A stretch of DNA of 64,000 nucleotides. Source: Amphiscolops sp. MND2022 (taxonomy: Eukaryota). A model generated the notes under the pieces. The model had not been told where the DNA came from and did no database searches. It was given only the letters and a program-made list of their open reading frames with translations. Positions 60,001 to 64,000 of the stretch are shown in pieces (the stretch's first letter is position 1; every line of letters begins with the position of its first letter). The stretch covers positions 41,542,001-41,606,000 of the forward strand of contig OZ076413.1 in the NCBI GenBank assembly GCA_964187785.1, in the 5' to 3' direction. A program made the translations under genes and the position numbers.

Positions 60001-60958
60001 TGACCTCTTGTACGACAAATACAACGTCACAGCAAAACCAGGAGACGTTTATCAGCCTACAAGCAACTGGTGGCTACTAGTTACGGCCAAACAAGCATCC
60101 GACTTGGTTCATCCCACTAACTTGAACACCTGTCTGGAGAGTTTGCGGACGATGGCCTCTCCTGATAAAATCACTTGTTTCCACACGATAGACCTGTATC
60201 GTGGTAAAATTAAGTTTGAATGGTGGCTGGAACTTATTATAGCAGTTTTATCAAATTTCTCACGAATCAGATTCCTGGACGAATGGACACACTCATTTCC
60301 TGGTCCTGTATCCCTCCAATCGGCCCTGCACGCACTGGATACATGGTCCAGGGCTAACATTGATAATCAATCATTGCCGCGATCTGTATGGCAAGATTTG
60401 GGCCTCCTCCCGAATGCATGTGACGATGCTCTTTCCAAGGACCCCGGACGAGAGTTAGTGTACCATGGAGCCGCGAGACCTCAATTGGTTGACTATGTGC
60501 AGTATGCCAATACGGATTTCCTGCAGACTCCCCATCATATCGTTTTATGTTGTCCCGCAAATCTGGAAACTAGTTCTGCCGCTCTTCGTTACGTCATTCG
60601 TGAGCATGGCGCAGATGCAATCTTTCAACTTCGACCGGAGGTTGGCAATATTGTAACGCTACCCACATCTCTGATAGACGGCCATCCTCAGACCATCCAC
60701 CTTTTAATCACACGAGCTACACCTCGCTGCCCCATGCTCGCTGATATTCTCTTTGGATGTCTTGATCATTTGAAAGCGTTACTCGAGCGCTTGGAGGCGA
60801 TAGAAGTACACTTTGCCATCGTTGATCCTGAACGCCCAATACGTAACCTTTTTGATTTTTATGCCTGTTTGATGGACGTATTCGCCGACACCCCCCTGAC
60901 CGTCGTTCTTCACGATCGCGTTTACGTATCTATTGCAAGCGTCGCTAGCTTTCCGTAA
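54047..60958 (+). CDS. pol: pol of element B (~2300 aa): PR, dUTPase-like insert, RT, RNase H, integrase, disordered linker with AT-hook-like motifs, Cys cluster, two macrodomain-like units
   Basis: LIDTGSG, YIDD, DTDAS, HDAMEHQG..CITC, YDH/SDN/VERQN, WRGPH; C-terminal pattern matches TARG1/OARD1-type macrodomains. Confidence 0.93.
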   Translation, partial: TNPEPTTFDPSGRTIMSVRLLLAIERETRPELTIDALIDEIAANENCRQLTLPQPEEWQVKGVTSTYHAYSPIPVKACIDGVDMRFGATIITDAFPPGICLGPQELRCYNIDAQEPTGEARIDERASLVVSFVVPDAAPVPLRGLIDTGSGVSILTFSAYNRVAVRTGTLLRPYGIDLYAANGKTIKTFGLAEKVKFQLGGYELETNFVVVDDAMGVEDFLLGRNFLRAYQVLVDLTAMKVIVRAPSEPVWYHAHTQVSNESLNSSVAIAQDVVLQPFERAILRAKLLVDNLEPFMFRTVLINFQTPNRMLKNAIFLEDTVATVGETGFLYVSLGNLTSNVQRIKKGTLLGTAVPVTMVHKAIPQIVPGQSSETQQSNANYVCKIYEQMNLDSSSEYSSSSEFEFLSSTEPSELGLSEREVKKRTDPALMAPIPGPEAQLDEVRGLWGSTASDTLSKLLNEFDDLFMKFKADIGKSKIAKHPVEVEPGAVPHREGARRMSPDKAERANQEVRDLLALGMIQPSLSPWASGIVMVKKKSGELRFCCDFRPLNEVTIKDAYPLPRIDESLSRLGKAKIYTSIDLAWAFWQIPVRKADRQKTAFACELGLFEWRHMPFGMCNASATFQRAIARALQRIVNREGSMVMAYIDDIVIATETIEDHMDRLREVFQCLREAGFKMRVSKYDFMKSEIKYLGRVVSADGIKPDPKAVTKLKEWDIPRTKTELQSFLGFANYYRDFIPWHAKLVAPLHAITGGASSFLWGEEQQRAFNSIKVALMEATALAQPDTEGEFVLDTDASGVAISGILHQWQGPPESRKLRPIVFGSKKLTATQAKYGAPKLEMYAAYYFILKNHSYLCPRKFTLRVDNQALSWLKTYSMDQAIIGRWIMALEKYHFSIEHRPRTQHRNADGLSKRTNEYKKHEKQLKGLPAIADKWDFLSQEEYNKLPLAPWFDVHGRVIPNHPELPAHLQRLGSQGSPETTVAVPTRRSGRSKRNATIRDEAMRAPLPTLPKPELTLPAELYPEYPEDWLELTEEYQRDYLLPTHAANVPSRTTYPLMEKQATSTAPEHVKQAAFVVNSISMELHEHANTVHGLKDLLLAQNRDVHILAIEKLVEQESLDSDVFPENVRTFAKNYYKQKKNLLLINANGILCVKYSKTQRALHERPCMIVMPQLYQHEILFKAHDAMEHQGIAKVLARIQERHTWPGIRRTIGQYVSQCITCQQVRDKPGDVRFHLKNIQSGYFNELVQYDHMKICPSDDGNTGILVIIDHFSKLAEAVPCNHDEYDAATTSKLLLQKWFARHGTPTRMQSDNAPNFTAAVSAEFMKAAQVTKVTSTAGHPRTQGLVERQNRTLLTLLRVFCSRRMRDWDQYLDEVMGAYNSTRHATTGFSPYMLTRGMEKAIPLTFLYPEFATQSFESHEAYVEHVLARQQEIHDLVRRNTHQAQQRQKLKYDRAIRAKAYEVGEPVWVFCRYIPQKGSPKLMRAWRGPHKVARVLQEGRVYILDTGQKVHFERLKPHHGSPTEWAAVPAHNGEVAIIMDPDPEQPHEEVRDDASQPSYRAEEPISEASNASLPSRQRHWMDTRLRTHMRAGGSRLHYQQFGYSSTESDDERSDVLLSSAQANPDESVILSSQVDEPAPIPEMPISPLPAMEALFSENEAVPDALDVASNPNIHVPTESAATSLTGTSAPLLTNPSLTDMLSNFPIWPLIDDNDLNPTLDDDGADTPTTNNEKGSIPPATNPINNDAATTTKLSNAPRGRGPRGRPPGRARPRASLPRGHQRRGAIRGARKRGRPRGSPPRTTHARPNTPTHIRNTTSMDTDSSAPSAAVTSDQAAPPESTNAHYGLRRNRIPRYRCGTCGLRNCECNYMVHAGFPIKSQGVLLAREREKSLPSGMVDRLVIRAEKTYTGLQRSDTPYPVDYILSKMKDSTIARAPCPRFKEWTYDLVGLEFTLPITVPPLPTNIAFGPFNYEREPIQMIRCIPADLLYDKYNVTAKPGDVYQPTSNWWLLVTAKQASDLVHPTNLNTCLESLRTMASPDKITCFHTIDLYRGKIKFEWWLELIIAVLSNFSRIRFLDEWTHSFPGPVSLQSALHALDTWSRANIDNQSLPRSVWQDLGLLPNACDDALSKDPGRELVYHGAARPQLVDYVQYANTDFLQTPHHIVLCCPANLETSSAALRYVIREHGADAIFQLRPEVGNIVTLPTSLIDGHPQTIHLLITRATPRCPMLADILFGCLDHLKALLERLEAIEVHFAIVDPERPIRNLFDFYACLMDVFADTPLTVVLHDRVYVSIASVASFP

Positions 60959-61183
60959 AGTTTTCGTTTGTCCGCTTTTTTTTTTTTGTTTTTCGTTTTT
61001 GTCCGCTCGGTTAAGTTTAGTGAATCGACACGAAGTTTATTTGAGACTATTACGTTATCTTTTTCTTTAATGTTAATGTGTGACATTCTATTACTTTCCC
61101 TGGTATTACCCTTAAATGACCTATGGTGTTACCCTACTATGAAGTGTGCTACAATCGACCTACGCTCTTTCAGAACTGTCGTC

Positions 61184-64000
61184 ATGAACCAAGATAATGA
61201 TAGAAGCAACAACGTCCCGCCGAGGTCTACAGACAACTCTCCTGCCTTGGGGCAACGCGTCTATGACACTGCGCGTGTCCAACGCACCCCACAAATTGCC
61301 TTTATTCGAGACAGACTCGACCAAGGTCTGTCGCCAGCAGCAGTTGCCGGGGTAGCAGCAATCATTGCCCAGATGGAATCACAATTGCAAGCCCCAATGC
61401 TAACGATATCAATTACTTCAGGGTTTCCTGGATTCCAACGATCCATGACGTACCAAGATGGAGTGTGGCACGGCCATGATCTTACGCATCACTTCACAGA
61501 TGATCGTGCGGCGATCTCGTATAGTCCTGCGAATGGCGGAGTCCACCAGACTAGACCTTTACAGATCCCTTCTTGCCCGCCTCCACCTCCACCGCCACCT
61601 CCTGCACCAACACCACAAGCAGTAGTGCGTGCGCGCACTCCTGCTCCTATAGTGCCTAGCCTACCCAATCAATCTATGGCGGAGCAAGCAGTCATTTCAG
61701 CGCTACAAGCAGTGGCTGCCAATCCCAATTACGATGACTTCATGCGATCCATGGAGCAGTGTTGGCCAGAGCTACGTCGAATTGCTCTGCCCACTGTCAC
61801 TATTCGTAACGACAATGCGACTTCAACTGAAACACGTCAAGGTGTCATCACTATTCCCCACATCAATCCTCAGTCTGAACAGCCAGGACACTCTCGCACC
61901 GTGACTGTGGAACGCAGTCGTTCGCCTTCCCGCTCTTCTCAAAAGGGGGGAGGAGAGAGCCGCCCTGCCTCCAGAAAGCGCAACGACCCTTCTCCAACAA
62001 AGAAGACTCAACAACCATTGACTGCCCGTGACAGTCCCTCGAGCAAGCCACCACCCGACAAAAAGATTTCCAACGAGAAGGCCACAACCTCCAAAGCGCC
62101 AGACCAAACGAAGTCAAAAGTGTCGGAAGCATGCGTGCTTCCCTCACCCCAATCACAACCGGACGTAACAGGCGAACAACAAGGACTGCCGCAACCACCA
62201 TCCACGCAGTCTACAACACGCGAGTCGCTGGCTCAACGAGCGACTCCCAAGCCCTCCACATCAGGACAGCCACAATCGGAGCAAACTGTGGGTTATCAAG
62301 GCACCCCTGTATCCCAGCGAACTGTCAAGGACATAATGGGTGATTACCCAGGGTTGAAAGTGACCAACAGTGGTCCAACTGGAACCCCGCTCCGGAAACA
62401 GGCGATTCAACACCCAACTAAGAGGACCTTTACGAAACAGCCGACGTACCTGAGTCCCATGCAAAACACAAAGGGCACACTGGTCACCAAGGACTCCCGA
62501 CGTATCTGGGAATCGGCAGTCATAGTATCGCCCGAATGGCTATTTGAGAAGAACATGTGTCCTCCGAATGACGAAGAACATGCGAAACTGAAGAAGGCGA
62601 ATGTACCCGTATTCATGAATCGTCCAATCCGCCCAGACCACACTCCTACCAATGAGCCGCCATGGCTAGGGAAGGCAATGAATATGCTGCCAAACGTGGA
62701 TGACAATTACCTAGATGCCCTCAACGTTGACCTTCGTGGGCAATTCGCCGATCGATATTTCCTCAACGCTGGAGAGACCTTTGAGATCAACCCACGGTAC
62801 GCCCGTGATCTCGAAGCCCAGCTACCGATGCCAAAAGAAAGGTTGCAGCGTGCGCGCTTCGCCTTACTTATTGACTCAACATTCCTCAAGAATGTCCCTA
62901 TTTGACAACGTGTTGTCAGACGTGATGGTTTTTACTCTACCGCTGTCACGTATTCCCGAGATGGCCGAAGTGTTGGTCACCATGTTTGACCCTGAGATGA
63001 CAGGAACCTTCAAAGAGCCACCTCCACGTAGAGTGATCATCAGCAACGTTTTCGATCACATGGCCTGTGAAGGACTAATGGCCCAGATCGCGAACGTTGA
63101 GATTATGAATCCAAGTCCGGCTCAGCGAACAACGGTACGCAATGCAGCATTGAACATGGCCCGAGCCATGGAGAAAGCCCAAAACATCTTGAAAGACAAA
63201 CTCAAGGTGCCAGCCCTGTTCGTGACACCCCCAGGTTTTTGCCAATGGCCCCCCGCCTTGCAGAGATTCATATACATGGTGACAGAAGTTTGCAAGTGCA
63301 GAGAAATAGACTTTGCGATCTGCGCGCCCAATATGCGGATTAGCTCCAATGACTTTCGCCCCTCCTGGCTGTCCTACATGGGGTACATTGCCTCAGTGTC
63401 TAAAGTGCTACAGTCAGTAGAGAAAACAGGGAACGCGCAGCTGACAATCGACGATGCCATTTACTTTGATCACGGCACTCGCATGGGCTTGTTGGTGTTC
63501 AACAAGGACGGAGAAAGGCGAGTCCCAGAGCCCAGTACGGCTGAATGCGAGGCAATCCGCCTGAATAACTGGATAGAGCGCGCGCGCTCATCCAGTGGAA
63601 AGACTTGTATCAAAACCGATCTTGCAGAAGTCACTGCCACAATGAGCAAAGTCCTCAGCGACCGAGAAGTAGAACGAGCCATCCCGCGAGTTCAATTTGC
63701 CAAGGACCTCACAATCGATCAATTATCAGTGGGAATGAAGTACATTGCTGCAAAATTGACGAGCGAAACTCAGGCTGAAATCCAAGCCTTCAGCAGCACC
63801 TACGACGCCTGGTACCAGCGGCTACAAACTACCACCGTAGCAGACATTGCAAAAGAGCTTGGGATGTCAACCGACCAGTTTGCCATCTGTTTGGGATTGG
63901 GTTGGAGTCCCGATGTTATTCGAGTCGAGTTCGATTTAGAGGAGAGTTGGTTGATCGAAATCAGCGAGATTATCGGTACCGTGCAGGTGAACGAACTCTT
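61184..64000 (+). CDS. Extra ORF3 of element B (>930 aa; Pro/Ser/Gln-rich N-terminus, SGNH-hydrolase-like domain), frameshift at about 62895, open to the window end
   Basis: ORF MNQDNDRS...FALLIDSTFLKNV continues in the +1 frame (from ATG 62892) with no stop to 64000; this part is absent from the ORF track because it has no stop codon. Confidence 0.75.

Larger units (their letters stand above)
48828..64000 (+). mobile_element. Very large Ty3/Gypsy LTR retrotransposon 'B' (internal region >15 kb, truncated by the window edge)
   Basis: PBS, ~2.4-kb leader, gag, pol in PR-RT-RH-IN order, and an additional downstream ORF. Confidence 0.9.

Noticed and set aside
60968..61183. Hydrophobic N-terminus of ORF3 as an env signal peptide
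   Set aside because: Derives from a T-rich intergenic tract with a TTG start; composition changes at ATG 61184 and no env features follow
51547..63682. Many short antisense or alternate-frame ORFs over gag, pol and ORF3
   Set aside because: Expected shadow ORFs of long coding regions; no independent signals

Overview
This is an AT-rich, intron-containing eukaryotic (probably invertebrate animal) genomic window dominated by LTR retrotransposons; all calls were made by eye. Retroelements: (1) the 3' end of a Bel/Pao element (pol plus 3' LTR); (2) a decayed full-length Ty3/Gypsy element (11694-18125) with an internal triplication; (3) a young 15.6-kb Ty3/Gypsy element 'A' (25145-40735, minus strand, 1531-bp LTRs, TSD ACTAT); (4) a very large Ty3/Gypsy element 'B' (PBS about 48828, running off the right edge); (5) two solo LTRs that encode Gag N-termini. 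In element A, Gag starts inside the LTR, an accessory ORF spans the PPT/U3, and there is an antisense, intron-containing gene resembling a catalytically dead BED-finger hAT transposase. In element B, Pol ends in AT-hook-like motifs and two degenerate TARG1/OARD1-like macrodomains, followed by an extra ORF with an SGNH-hydrolase-like fold. Host genes: the last exons of a claudin/PMP22-like tetraspan gene (+) and a 7-exon B-box plus Kelch gene (-, 43662-10319) whose introns hold most of the elements. Also present are CCC-terminal MITEs, a Helentron-like element, a loopless 430-bp palindrome, a (CA)n microsatellite and a 200-N gap.
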